In this document: one piece after another, positions 1 to 9,184 of the stretch | Position numbering within the stretch: the stretch's first letter is position 1 | How the letters are laid out: each line of letters opens with the position of its first letter | Source of the DNA: Chthoniobacterales bacterium | GTDB lineage: Bacteria; Verrucomicrobiota; Verrucomicrobiia; Chthoniobacterales; Chthoniobacteraceae | Direction of reading: 5' to 3' | Length of the DNA stretch: 64,000 bases | Assembly: GCA_038207335.1 (NCBI GenBank) | Contig: JBBQZX010000017.1 | Span: 32,001-96,000 of the forward strand | Translations under genes and position numbers: made by a program | The notes under the pieces: generated by a model | Seen by the model: the letters and a program-made list of their open reading frames with translations, nothing else | Told to the model about the DNA's origin: nothing | The model's database searches: none

Positions 1-654
1 ATCGATGGTGGCTGGGACGATGGAGGCGTAACCGGCGTCGTCGGAGCCGCTTTTCCAAACGGTTTTGCCGGTGAGTTTGTCGAGAGCGACGGTGGAGGAG
101 CCGTCGCCGCCGACATCGAGGAGGAGGAGAGTGCCGGCGATGGTGGGAGAGCCGGCGTAGCCCCACTGGGGGCGGCGTCCGCCGAGGTCTTTTTGGTGAT
201 GTTGGTACCAGCGAGGCTTTCCAGTGGCCGCGTCGAGGCAGAAAAGGTCGCCTTGGTGGCTGACGGTGTAAACGCGGTCGCCATCGAGTGTGGGGGTGGC
301 TGCGGTGCCACCCTCGAACATGCGTTTGTCGAGCGCGAGGGGGTATTGGTGGCGCCAGATTTGTTTGCCGGTTTTTGCGTCGAAGCAGAAGACGGAGTCT
401 TTGCCGCCGGCATTTCCCATGGAGAATACGCGGTCGCCGGCGACGGTGATCCCAGAGGTGCCGATGCCGAGGGAGGCTTTCCACGCTATGCGCGGGTTTT
501 CTGGGAGGGTCGCGGGGAGTTTTTCTGTGGAGGCTCCCCGCATTAAGGGGCCGCGGTAGTGGAGCCAGTCGGCGGCTGCATTTTCTCGAAGGCCGGCGAG
601 GAGGAGCGCGGCGAGGGCTCCGCGAATGAGGAAGGGCATGGCGGAGTGTTTCAT
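1..654 (-). CDS. PQQ-like beta-propeller repeat protein (BamB-like), 3' end runs off window
   Basis: Manual translation of the minus strand from ATG 654: MKHSAMPFLIRGALAALLLAG...ADWLHYRGP...QWGYAGSPTIAG...VALDKLTGKTVWKS. Signal peptide plus DW..RGP and ALD..TG..VW repeats. Not in the ORF track because it has no stop inside the window. Confidence 0.85.
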   Translation of the reverse strand, partial: MKHSAMPFLIRGALAALLLAGLRENAAADWLHYRGPLMRGASTEKLPATLPENPRIAWKASLGIGTSGITVAGDRVFSMGNAGGKDSVFCFDAKTGKQIWRHQYPLALDKRMFEGGTAATPTLDGDRVYTVSHQGDLFCLDAATGKPRWYQHHQKDLGGRRPQWGYAGSPTIAGTLLLLDVGGDGSSTVALDKLTGKTVWKSGSDDAGYASIVPATID

Positions 655-660
655 GCGCAA

Positions 661-689
661 CCGGTAAAAGGGGGCGCGAGGGGTGTCAA
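661..689 (-). promoter_or_regulatory. Putative sigma70 promoter (TTGACA-17-TACCGG) 6 nt upstream of ATG
   Basis: Perfect -35 TTGACA at 689-684 and a 17-nt spacer; the -10 is weak. Confidence 0.4.
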
Positions 690-744
690 CCGGCGCGGGA
701 GGCTCAGGGAACGCTGGGACAAGGACGACCGGCAGACAGGCGCG

Positions 745-1119
745 CTATTTAATGAAGCGGATTGTAAGCGGATATCGGAAGGCGACGCCTTCGTTGGATT
801 TCACGGCTGCGACGATCATGCAGAGGACATGGTAAAATGGCAGCGCCCAAAGGAGCGGGACGCCAATGACCAATCCGATGATGGTGATGCAAAAGAGGAC
901 AGCGATGATAGCGACTATGAAGAGGGTGATCTGGTAGTTGAGGGCTTCCTTGGCCTGGTCATCGACGAAGGGATTGCCGTCGCGCTTGAGGAGCCAGACG
1001 AGGAGTGGACCGAGGACGAAGCCGATGAGGGTGACGTATCCGGTAAATGCGCTGAGGTGGGCGAGGGTGGCCCAGAGGCGCTGGTCTTTGTCGGGTGCGG
1101 TGACGGCTGGGAGTTCCAT
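745..1119 (-). CDS. DUF4870-family small membrane protein
   Basis: LWATLAHLS...GPLLVWLLKRD.PFVDDQAKEALNYQIT...FRYPLTIRFIK pattern; 3 hydrophobic segments. Confidence 0.85.
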   Translation of the reverse strand: MELPAVTAPDKDQRLWATLAHLSAFTGYVTLIGFVLGPLLVWLLKRDGNPFVDDQAKEALNYQITLFIVAIIAVLFCITIIGLVIGVPLLWALPFYHVLCMIVAAVKSNEGVAFRYPLTIRFIK

Positions 1120-1182
1120 GGCGGGGGATTATCTGTACGCTTGGCGCGGCGGAAGCAATGCGGAATGTGCGAAATGCGCGGG

Positions 1183-2478
1183 CTACTTCGCGCGGCCGTT
1201 GCGGCGGAGGAAGGTGGGCACGTCGAGATCCTGGCCATCGACGATGGTGGGTTCGCTTTTCTCAAAGCGACCCCGGGTGACTGGCTCAAATTGCATTTGC
1301 TCCTGTTTGCCTCCGCGCTTGGCGACAGGCTCGACGACGGGCGGACGGGCGGCAGCGGGCACACGCACTGGAGCGCGCGCCGCTGGCACGGCGACGACAT
1401 CTTCATCGGACTCGACAAAGGAGATGTGCGGCTCGGGTACGGCCTGGGAATCAAGGTCTGGAGCGGGTTCGCGGGCGGGTGGCGCGATGCGCGGGGCGTC
1501 GATGCCAGGGTCGGCTTCGACGGAGCTGAGGATGGTGACGACAAGGCGATTGCCGAGCCTCGGGTCGATGGCCATGCCAAAGAGGATTCGGGTGTGGTCG
1601 GCGATGTGGCGGTTAAGCTCGTCCATGAGGATCTGGACTTCGTTGAGGGTGAGGTTGGAGCCGCCGGCGATATTCACGAGGACGCTGTCGGCCTCGGAGA
1701 GCATGCGGCCTCGGTCCATGAGGGGGCTTTTGAGGGCGCGCTCGAGTGCGAGATGGGCGCGGTTGTCGCCGTCGGCGTCGCCGCTGCCAAAGACGCAGCG
1801 CGGGTTCTGCCGGCGGAGGACCGTCGCGAGTTCGTCGAGTCCGGCGTGGATGAGACCGCGGCGGCGGATGAGTGCGGAAATGGCGCGGACGCTCTGGCTG
1901 AGGGTCTGGTCGGCGACGCCGAATGCGTCCTGCACGGCGGCGGTGGGGGAGACGGCATCGGCCATTTTGTCGTTGTCAAAACAGACGACGACATCGGCGT
2001 AGCGATGAAGGGTGGCGAGGGCGTCCTGCGCCTGCGCCATGCGCCTTTTTCCCTCGAAGGAAAACGGCATGGTGGCGAAGAGGACGACGAGTGCGCCGAG
2101 GTCACGCGCGTAGGAGGCGATGAGTGGCGCTGCGCCGGAGCCGGTGCCGCCGCCGAGTCCGGTGCAGATGAGTACGACGTCTGCGCCATCGAGCGCCGCG
2201 CGGAGGTCGCCTGCGACTTCCTCGGCGGCTTCGTAGCCGAGTTCAGGGTCGCCGCCTGCGCCGAGGCCGCGCGTGGTTTTCGGGCCGAGCTGCACTTTTG
2301 CCGGAGCGACGGAGCCGGTGAGGGACTGGAGGTCGGTATTGATGGCGATGAGTTCGGCACCGTCCGCTCCGTCGAGCTGGATGCGGTCGAGGACGTTGGT
2401 GCCCGCGCCCCCGAGGCCGAGGATTTGGACGCGTGGCTCGCGGGCCACGGCGTGGGAAGTGCGAGGAAATTCGATCAT
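1183..2478 (-). CDS. ftsZ: Cell division protein FtsZ (divergent T7 loop)
   Basis: NTD, GLGAGG, GGGTGSG tubulin signature, PFSFEGKRR, C-terminal LDVPTFLRR core motif; last gene of the dcw cluster. Confidence 0.96.
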   Translation of the reverse strand: MIEFPRTSHAVAREPRVQILGLGGAGTNVLDRIQLDGADGAELIAINTDLQSLTGSVAPAKVQLGPKTTRGLGAGGDPELGYEAAEEVAGDLRAALDGADVVLICTGLGGGTGSGAAPLIASYARDLGALVVLFATMPFSFEGKRRMAQAQDALATLHRYADVVVCFDNDKMADAVSPTAAVQDAFGVADQTLSQSVRAISALIRRRGLIHAGLDELATVLRRQNPRCVFGSGDADGDNRAHLALERALKSPLMDRGRMLSEADSVLVNIAGGSNLTLNEVQILMDELNRHIADHTRILFGMAIDPRLGNRLVVTILSSVEADPGIDAPRIAPPAREPAPDLDSQAVPEPHISFVESDEDVVAVPAARAPVRVPAAARPPVVEPVAKRGGKQEQMQFEPVTRGRFEKSEPTIVDGQDLDVPTFLRRNGRAK

Positions 2479-3743
2479 GGCCGGAAGGTAAAAAAGAGAA
2501 CGACGGTGATGACGAGGAGGGCCGGGATGAGCAGCCAGATGCCGAAGAAGGGAATCTTGCGAGCCATGCGCGAGAGCCAGCCGCGGGGCTTTTCTCCCTG
2601 CATGGCTTGCGCATATTTGATGAGGCCGATGGCGGTGGAGAACTGGGGATTCTCGAAGGCGGAGGTGACGCCGCTGACGGTATGGGCGTGGGTGAGGTGG
2701 ACGGGAAGGCCGAAGATTTCCTCGGCGAGCTTATCGACTCCGTCGAGCATGGAGCAGCCGCCGGTGAGGAGGACGCCGGCGCCGAGGAAGTCGAGGTAGT
2801 TTGAGTCGTCGAACTCGCGCCGCAGGAGCTCGAGTGTTTCGCGGACGCGGCAGTGGATGATGGTGTTCAACATCTCGCGCTCGATTTCGCGCCCCGCAAA
2901 TCCGGTCTCATCCTTGAGCACCACGGTTTCTCCGGGCAGGGAATCGCCGAGGGTGACACCGCCCTCTTCGATTTTCAACCGCTCGGCCCGCGCCATGGGG
3001 ATGCGCAGGCCGAGTGAGATGTCATTCGTAATGTGGTCGCCTCCGACCGCGATGCAGCCGCTCTGCTTGATCCCGCCATCGACGTAGGCCGCGTATCCAG
3101 TGGTACCGCCGCCCATATCGATGACAAGGGCGCCGAGATTTTTCTGGTTGAGATCGAGGACGACGAGTGCGGAAGCGATCGCGCCGAAGACGATTTCCTC
3201 GACGTCAATGTCGAGTTCCTTCACGCAGCGAATGCTGTTTTTGATTCGGTTGCCGATGCCGTGGACGATGTGAAAGTCGGCCTCGAGCTTGCGGCCCATC
3301 ATGCCGATGGGATTGAGGACGCCGTCCTGCCCATCAACGTAATAGCGCTGAAGAAATGAGTGCAGGAAGATGTTGGAAGGCGGGATGGTGACTTCGCGCG
3401 CGGCTGCCTGCACGTCTTCGTAGTCCTCCTCGCAGATGTCTTCTCGATCGTCGGGGATGGTGACGGAGCCGCGGTTGTTGAAGCTCTCGACGTGGCCTCC
3501 CGATACGGCGAGGAAAACGCTGCGGATCATGACGTCGCTCTTTTCCTCCGCATCGGCCAGCGCCTCGCGGATGCACTTTCCCGCAGTGTCGAAATCGACG
3601 ATCTCGCCTTTCCTTACACCGCGCGAGGGTGCCTGACCAACTCCGAGGATCTTCACCGTGCCATCGCGGCGCGTCTCGCCGACGACAGCGCAAATCTTCG
3701 ATGTCCCGATCTCCAAGCCGACGACGATGTCTTCGCTAGCCAT
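2475..3743 (-). CDS. ftsA: Cell division protein FtsA with C-terminal hydrophobic extension
   Basis: GLEIGTSKI, IDMGGGTT, GGDHITNDI, LTGG, P.FSTAIGL motifs; lies between ftsQ and ftsZ. Confidence 0.96.
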   Translation of the reverse strand: MASEDIVVGLEIGTSKICAVVGETRRDGTVKILGVGQAPSRGVRKGEIVDFDTAGKCIREALADAEEKSDVMIRSVFLAVSGGHVESFNNRGSVTIPDDREDICEEDYEDVQAAAREVTIPPSNIFLHSFLQRYYVDGQDGVLNPIGMMGRKLEADFHIVHGIGNRIKNSIRCVKELDIDVEEIVFGAIASALVVLDLNQKNLGALVIDMGGGTTGYAAYVDGGIKQSGCIAVGGDHITNDISLGLRIPMARAERLKIEEGGVTLGDSLPGETVVLKDETGFAGREIEREMLNTIIHCRVRETLELLRREFDDSNYLDFLGAGVLLTGGCSMLDGVDKLAEEIFGLPVHLTHAHTVSGVTSAFENPQFSTAIGLIKYAQAMQGEKPRGWLSRMARKIPFFGIWLLIPALLVITVVLFFTFRP

Positions 3744-4822
3744 CAGAGCTTGAACTTCTTTTTGACCGAGTCCGCGGGCGTTCTCCGCGGCGTCGGCGTG
3801 GCTTCTTTTTTCTTTGAAGATGACGGCGTCGGTGTGCCGCTCGACGGCTTTTTCGACGGGGTCGGCGTCGCCTTGCCGGTGGATTTTTCGTGCGAAGACT
3901 CCCCCTTCGGCGGCGAGGCGATTGACGGGATTTCGCTCTCCTGCTCGCTGTCGGCAAAGGTGACGGGGATGTTGCGATCGACCATCAAGTTCACGGTGCG
4001 CAATTCTCGCATTCTCATCTCGGGCCGCTCGAGAAAACGGTTGAGCGTGTCCAGCTTCCGATCGATCCCGTCGAGCCCGAAGGTGACCTGCGCGTGCGTC
4101 GTGTCGGTCACGACAAGGCAGTAGCCTTTTGACACGTCGATATTTCGCGCCTGGTATCCGGTGCTGTCGGCATTCAACCGCACGAGATCGAGCGCGGCCT
4201 GCATTTCAAAGGTCTGCATGCGCTGGCCTGCCGCGAGATTATCCACCTCGACGCCAGAGATCACCGGCAAATGCAGATACTCGGGAAGCACCGTCTTGCT
4301 CCTCATCACCACCCCGCGCGCATCGATCAAAAACGACCGCTCCGAACTCGTCGGATCTTCGTCGGCCCTCGATGTGACCCACGCAATCGGTCGCCTTTCG
4401 ATGACGTTGATATCGACATGGTTCGGCAGCGTGCGTTGGATTTCCGTACGCTCGACCTGCGGCAGTTTCTCGAGCGCGTCATGCGCCGCCGTGAGGTCGA
4501 TGGTGAAAATATTGCGCCCCTCGATAATGCCGCTCGCCATCACGATTTGCTCGCGCGTAAGCGCGCCGTCGGTGGTCACGCGCAGCGGAGCGAGGAAGTA
4601 ATCGGGGTTCTCCCACAGAAAACGCCGGAGCCCCTCCTTCCCGCCGATGTAGATGCCCGCGACAATGGCGACGAAGCAGATGATTTTGCATGATGTGAAA
4701 AAGATCGCGCGATTTCGCTGAGCGACGGCTTTGTCACGGCGGATCGTAACTTCGAGGAGGTGCTGCTGTTTACGCTGCCGCTGGTTCGACACGCGCTGGT
4801 TGCGGGAGTTGCCGTTTTTCAT
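3743..4822 (-). CDS. ftsQ: Cell division protein FtsQ/DivIB (POTRA)
   Basis: Single N-terminal TM segment, LEKLPQVE...RTLPNHVDINVIERRPIA POTRA motif; ATG 4822 overlaps the ddl stop (ATGA). Confidence 0.85.
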   Translation of the reverse strand: MKNGNSRNQRVSNQRQRKQQHLLEVTIRRDKAVAQRNRAIFFTSCKIICFVAIVAGIYIGGKEGLRRFLWENPDYFLAPLRVTTDGALTREQIVMASGIIEGRNIFTIDLTAAHDALEKLPQVERTEIQRTLPNHVDINVIERRPIAWVTSRADEDPTSSERSFLIDARGVVMRSKTVLPEYLHLPVISGVEVDNLAAGQRMQTFEMQAALDLVRLNADSTGYQARNIDVSKGYCLVVTDTTHAQVTFGLDGIDRKLDTLNRFLERPEMRMRELRTVNLMVDRNIPVTFADSEQESEIPSIASPPKGESSHEKSTGKATPTPSKKPSSGTPTPSSSKKKEATPTPRRTPADSVKKKFKL

Positions 4823-5739
4823 GGAGAGGAGCGGGCGAGTGAAAGTTCGACGATGCGCGCGCAAAGCTCGCCGTAGCTGATTCCCGCAGCGGCGGCGGCT
4901 TCCGGCAAAAGGCTGGAGGGTGTCATGCCAGGGATCGTATTGATCTCGAGCACGAGCGGTTCGCCCGCGTCGGTGAGGAGAAAATCCACGCGCGAATAAA
5001 TCTGCAAATCAAGCGCCCGATGCGCGGCGATCGCTGTCTGTTGCACGGTTTGCGTGAGTTCCGCGCTCAACGTCGCGGGGCAAAAATGATCTGCACCGGC
5101 GGCGTTCGGATTCAGAAACGGATACTTGTTTTCAAAATTGTAGAAGTCGTCACGCGCGACGATTTCGATGATCGGCAGCGCGACGTCGCCAACGATCCCG
5201 ACTGTCAACTCACGCCCCGAGATGAATTCCTCGACGAGCAATTCTCTCCCGAATCGACGCGCCTCGCGCAACTTGCCATCGAGTTCGCCCGCCTCGCGGA
5301 TGATGTAAACACCGACGCTCGAACCCTCGCGCGGTGCCTTGATGACGAATGGCAGCGGCAGCGTCGGCGACGCGCCATCGCGCAGAATCTCGAACTTCGC
5401 GGTCGGCACGCCCCGCGCGACGAGACGCTCTTTCGTCGCGATTTTATCGATTGCCAGCTCGCTCCCCGCCACGGCTTCGCCGGTGAACGCAACGCCGCGA
5501 GACTCAAGAATTCGCTGCAACTGGCCATCCTCGCCAAACGTCCCGTGGATCGCATTGAACGCAATTTCCGTCCCCTCCGGCACCGAGAAATCCGGCCCAT
5601 CGACTACCACCGACTCGACCTCAGCGCCGAGTCCGCGCAGGGCCTCGACGACTCCTTCGCCCGACTTGAGCGACACCTTCCGCTCCGAGCCCGGCCCGCC
5701 CATCAACACCGCGATTTTTTTATTCCTGAGATCGATCAT
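4819..5739 (-). CDS. ddl: D-alanine--D-alanine ligase
   Basis: GGPGSERKVSLKSG, HGTFGEDG, EGSSVG, EINTIPGMT. Confidence 0.96.
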   Translation of the reverse strand: MIDLRNKKIAVLMGGPGSERKVSLKSGEGVVEALRGLGAEVESVVVDGPDFSVPEGTEIAFNAIHGTFGEDGQLQRILESRGVAFTGEAVAGSELAIDKIATKERLVARGVPTAKFEILRDGASPTLPLPFVIKAPREGSSVGVYIIREAGELDGKLREARRFGRELLVEEFISGRELTVGIVGDVALPIIEIVARDDFYNFENKYPFLNPNAAGADHFCPATLSAELTQTVQQTAIAAHRALDLQIYSRVDFLLTDAGEPLVLEINTIPGMTPSSLLPEAAAAAGISYGELCARIVELSLARSSP

Positions 5740-5748
5740 AAATTTTCG

Positions 5749-8049
5749 TCAGTCGTGCAGCCCGGCCTCCTCGCCGATGATTTGCACCTCAGTCTCAAGC
5801 GCAATTCCGCGTTCCCGCAGCGCCGTTTCCTTGATCCGCGAAATCAATGCCAGCACATCTCCAGCCGTCGCGCCGCCGTCATTCACGATGAAATTCCCGT
5901 GAATCTCCGACACGCGCGCCTTGCCGGAAGTCGCGCCTTTCAGACCAAGTTCATCGACCAATTTTCCCGCCGGTACCGGCCCCGGATTTTTAAAAATACA
6001 TCCCGCGCTTGACTCGCGCGGCTGCGTCGTCCGCCGCTTTTGCTGCGACGCTTCGAGCAGTCGCTCGATCTCCTCCGACTCACCGGGCGCTCCCTTGAAA
6101 GTGGCCGACACCGCGTAATTCCCAACCAACGAACCGACGTGGCGATAATGCACGTCGAGCTCCCCGGGGGTCTTCGTGTGAAAAGCTCCGCGGCCATCCA
6201 CAAAGCGCACGCTGACGACTTGATCGAGCGTCTCGCCGCCCATCGCCCCCGCATTCATCCGCAGGCTGCCACCGACATTTCCCGGGATGCCCTCCATCCA
6301 CTCGAAGCCCGCGAGTTGCGCATCGCGCGCCGCATATGCGATCTCTTTGAGCTTCAATCCCACGCCCGCGATGATCTGTCCGTCATGGACTTCGAGGTGT
6401 CGAAATTCGCCGTGTGAAAGGTGGGCGACAACGCCGCGAATTCCGCCGTCGCGAATTAGTAAATTCGAGCCGCGGCCCATCACGAAAAGCGGCGTTCCGC
6501 GCTCCCCGCAATACCGAACGAGTCGCGCAAATCCTTCCTCAGTTTCGGGTTCCGCCCAAAACTGTGCAGGTCCGCCAACCCGCATGGTCGTGTGCTTCGC
6601 GAGCGGTTCATACAATTTCACGGCGCCAGTTCCGATCACGGTTTGTAGCTCTTCCATTACCGCCACATCGCGAGCCAGTAGTTTTGCCGTCTCGTGGATA
6701 TTTCCCGCGCCGAGCGTGATGACGCAATCTCCCGGCTCGAGCATTTGTCCGATCGCAAACGCGAGCTTTTTCCGGTCCGGCTGATAAGTCGCGCGCTCGT
6801 GTCCGTCTCGCGTGATTTCATCCACGATCGTCTGCCCGGTGACTCCCGGAATCGGCACCTCGCTCGCTGCATACACATCCGTGATGACCACCGCAAACGC
6901 ATCATGAAACGCGCGTCCGAACTCCTCTTTCAGCGCCTGCGTGCGGCTGTAGCGATGCGGCTGAAACATCACGAGCACGCGTTTTCTCCCCGTGCTTTTC
7001 GCCGCGGCGAGTGTCGCGCGAATCTCGGTCGGGTGATGCGCGTAGTCGTCCACGATCATCGCGCGATCACTGCGATGCTTGATTTCAAATCGCCGGCGCG
7101 CGCCGCAAAACGTCTCCAGCGCCTCCGCGATTTTTGCGAAAGGCACGCCGAGTTCCGTCGCGAGCGCGATGACGCCGAGCGCGTTGCTGACGTTGTGCCG
7201 GCCTGGGACATTGAGTGTCACAGCCCCCAGCGACTCGCCGCTGCGGAGCACGCGGAAATGCGACTGAAAATCTTTCGCGTGAAAATCGTCGAACCGGAAA
7301 AAAGCCGCGTGACTTTCACCGTACGAAATCGCGCCCGGATGCTCGGAGCAAATGCGCGTGGCGTGCGCATCGTCGGCGCAAAAAAAGACCTTTCCGCTCG
7401 TCTGGCTCAGCAGTTGCCGGAACACTTTCTCGATCGCCACAAGGTCTTCGTAATAGTCGAGGTGCTCCTCCTCGATGTTCAAAACGATCGCGTGCTCGGG
7501 ATGGTAAAACGCGAGCGTGCCGTCGCTCTCATCCCCTTCTGCCACGAAATACTCGCCCTCCGCATCCCAATGCGCATTCGTGCCGAGGATCGGAATTTCC
7601 GCACCGACGTAGTGCGACGGCTTCACGCCGCCGTGCCGCAGCACATGCGCCGCCATCGCGGAAGTCGTCGTCTTGCCGTGCATTCCGGCGACCACGATTC
7701 CCCTTTTGCAGTTCATCATCGCCGTCAGCGCATCCGCGCGGCGCACCATGCTTTTGCCGAGTTGCAGCGCCGCGTCGTAATCGGGATGCCCCGCGCGAAT
7801 CGCCGATGAATAGATGATGAGATCGGCGCGCCTCACCGCCTCCGGTTGCGCGGGCGTGTAAAATTCCAGCCCGAGATTTACCAGGCGCTGCACCTCGATC
7901 GTGGACACCTTATCCGAACCGCTGACGTGATGCCCGAGCGCGATGAGCAGCCCCGCGATGCCGCTCATTCCAGAGCCTGCGACACCGATGAGGTGAATTT
8001 TCAGCTCACCGCCGACGAGGATTTCCGCGAGGATTTGACCGGTATCCAT
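5749..8049 (-). CDS. murC: Bifunctional MurC-MurB fusion (UDP-MurNAc-L-Ala ligase + UDP-GlcNAc-enolpyruvate reductase)
   Basis: N-terminal part has IGVAGSGMSG, GMHGKTTT, EGDESD, DDYAHHPTE (MurC). C-terminal part has HTTMRVGG, GRGSNLL, GIPGNVGG..MNAGA, SAGCIFKNP, HGNFIVN (MurB). Confidence 0.95.
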   Translation of the reverse strand: MDTGQILAEILVGGELKIHLIGVAGSGMSGIAGLLIALGHHVSGSDKVSTIEVQRLVNLGLEFYTPAQPEAVRRADLIIYSSAIRAGHPDYDAALQLGKSMVRRADALTAMMNCKRGIVVAGMHGKTTTSAMAAHVLRHGGVKPSHYVGAEIPILGTNAHWDAEGEYFVAEGDESDGTLAFYHPEHAIVLNIEEEHLDYYEDLVAIEKVFRQLLSQTSGKVFFCADDAHATRICSEHPGAISYGESHAAFFRFDDFHAKDFQSHFRVLRSGESLGAVTLNVPGRHNVSNALGVIALATELGVPFAKIAEALETFCGARRRFEIKHRSDRAMIVDDYAHHPTEIRATLAAAKSTGRKRVLVMFQPHRYSRTQALKEEFGRAFHDAFAVVITDVYAASEVPIPGVTGQTIVDEITRDGHERATYQPDRKKLAFAIGQMLEPGDCVITLGAGNIHETAKLLARDVAVMEELQTVIGTGAVKLYEPLAKHTTMRVGGPAQFWAEPETEEGFARLVRYCGERGTPLFVMGRGSNLLIRDGGIRGVVAHLSHGEFRHLEVHDGQIIAGVGLKLKEIAYAARDAQLAGFEWMEGIPGNVGGSLRMNAGAMGGETLDQVVSVRFVDGRGAFHTKTPGELDVHYRHVGSLVGNYAVSATFKGAPGESEEIERLLEASQQKRRTTQPRESSAGCIFKNPGPVPAGKLVDELGLKGATSGKARVSEIHGNFIVNDGGATAGDVLALISRIKETALRERGIALETEVQIIGEEAGLHD

Positions 8050-8094
8050 TACGCGAAAAAACCCGCGGCGCGCACCGCTGGATATGACGTTTCT

Positions 8095-9180
8095 TTAAGC
8101 ACAAAATTTCAAAACCGTATCGGCGACGCGCTCGGCTGCTTGCTTCGGCGCAAGGCTCGCGCTGCGGGCGGACATCTCGGCGAGACGCGCGGGATCGTCG
8201 AGAATCTCGTGGAGATTTTTTGCGAGAATCTCGCCCGTGATTTCGCACTCATTCAATAGCCTCGCCGCGCCCGCTGCGGCAAAGATTTTCGCGTTCAAAG
8301 TTTGGTGATCTTCGGCCGCAAACGGATACGGGATCAGTACGCTCGGCAGCCCGAAATGGGACAACTCCGTGAGACTCGCCGCGCCAGACCGCGCGATGCA
8401 GAAATCCGCTGCGCTGTAGGCCGCATCCATGCGATGCGAAAACGCCGCGACGAACGCCGGAATGCCCGCGGCTGCATAAGCCCCGCGAATCGCCTCCTCG
8501 TCCTGCCGACCGGTGAGATGGATGACCTGAATCTCCGATTTCGCCAACTCCGGCAACGCGGCCAGCAGCGCGCGATTGATCCCCTGCGCGCCCTGGCTGC
8601 CGCCCATGACGAAAAGCGTCTTTCGCCCCGCGTGAAGATCGAACTCCGCGAGCGCGGATGCTTTATCCATACGGGTCGCGAGCGAATTGCGGATCGGCGT
8701 GCCGGTTACGATGCCGCGCGCTTTTCCGAAGTGCTTGGCGCACTCCTCGAAGCCCAAAAGCACCGCGCTCACGAGCCGTCCATTGAGCCGATTCGCCTTG
8801 CCGGGAATCGCGTTCGACTCATGCACGAACGTCGGAATTTTCCGCCGCCGTCCGGCGAGAATCGGCGCAGTCGAAGTGAACCCGCCCATGCCGAGCACGG
8901 CGTTCGGCTTGAACTCATCGTAGAGCCGGCGGCACTGGTCGTAGCCGGCCTTGAACCGCCGCAAAAATCCGATGATCGCGGGCGAGAAAATCTTCGGCAT
9001 CCCGACGCCTTGCACGCGCTCGATCCGAAACTCGGAGCGGCCTTGCGTCGCGAGCGAATCGATCTCTTTTTCCGAAATCAAAACCATGACCTCGTGGCCC
9101 CGCGCGAGCAGGGTCTCGCCGACTGCCAGGCCGGGGAACAAATGGCCACCGGTTCCGCCGGCAGCGATGACGAATTTCAT
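8095..9180 (-). CDS. murG: Undecaprenyl-PP-MurNAc-pentapeptide GlcNAc transferase
   Basis: GGTGGHLFPG, HESNAIPG, GGSQGA, RSGA, DHQ..NA. Confidence 0.96.
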   Translation of the reverse strand: MKFVIAAGGTGGHLFPGLAVGETLLARGHEVMVLISEKEIDSLATQGRSEFRIERVQGVGMPKIFSPAIIGFLRRFKAGYDQCRRLYDEFKPNAVLGMGGFTSTAPILAGRRRKIPTFVHESNAIPGKANRLNGRLVSAVLLGFEECAKHFGKARGIVTGTPIRNSLATRMDKASALAEFDLHAGRKTLFVMGGSQGAQGINRALLAALPELAKSEIQVIHLTGRQDEEAIRGAYAAAGIPAFVAAFSHRMDAAYSAADFCIARSGAASLTELSHFGLPSVLIPYPFAAEDHQTLNAKIFAAAGAARLLNECEITGEILAKNLHEILDDPARLAEMSARSASLAPKQAAERVADTVLKFCA

Positions 9181-9184
9181 CGCG

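Noticed and set aside
559..2799. 746-aa plus-strand ORF, and many similar long ORFs (12253-13953, 13593-15044, 17028-18500, 55296-57101)
   Set aside because: Antisense shadows of well-supported genes in high-GC DNA; no recognisable motifs.
5110..5150. Possible D-Ala-D-Lac ligase specificity
   Set aside because: The omega loop reads ENKY (Tyr retained), consistent with an ordinary D-Ala-D-Ala ligase.
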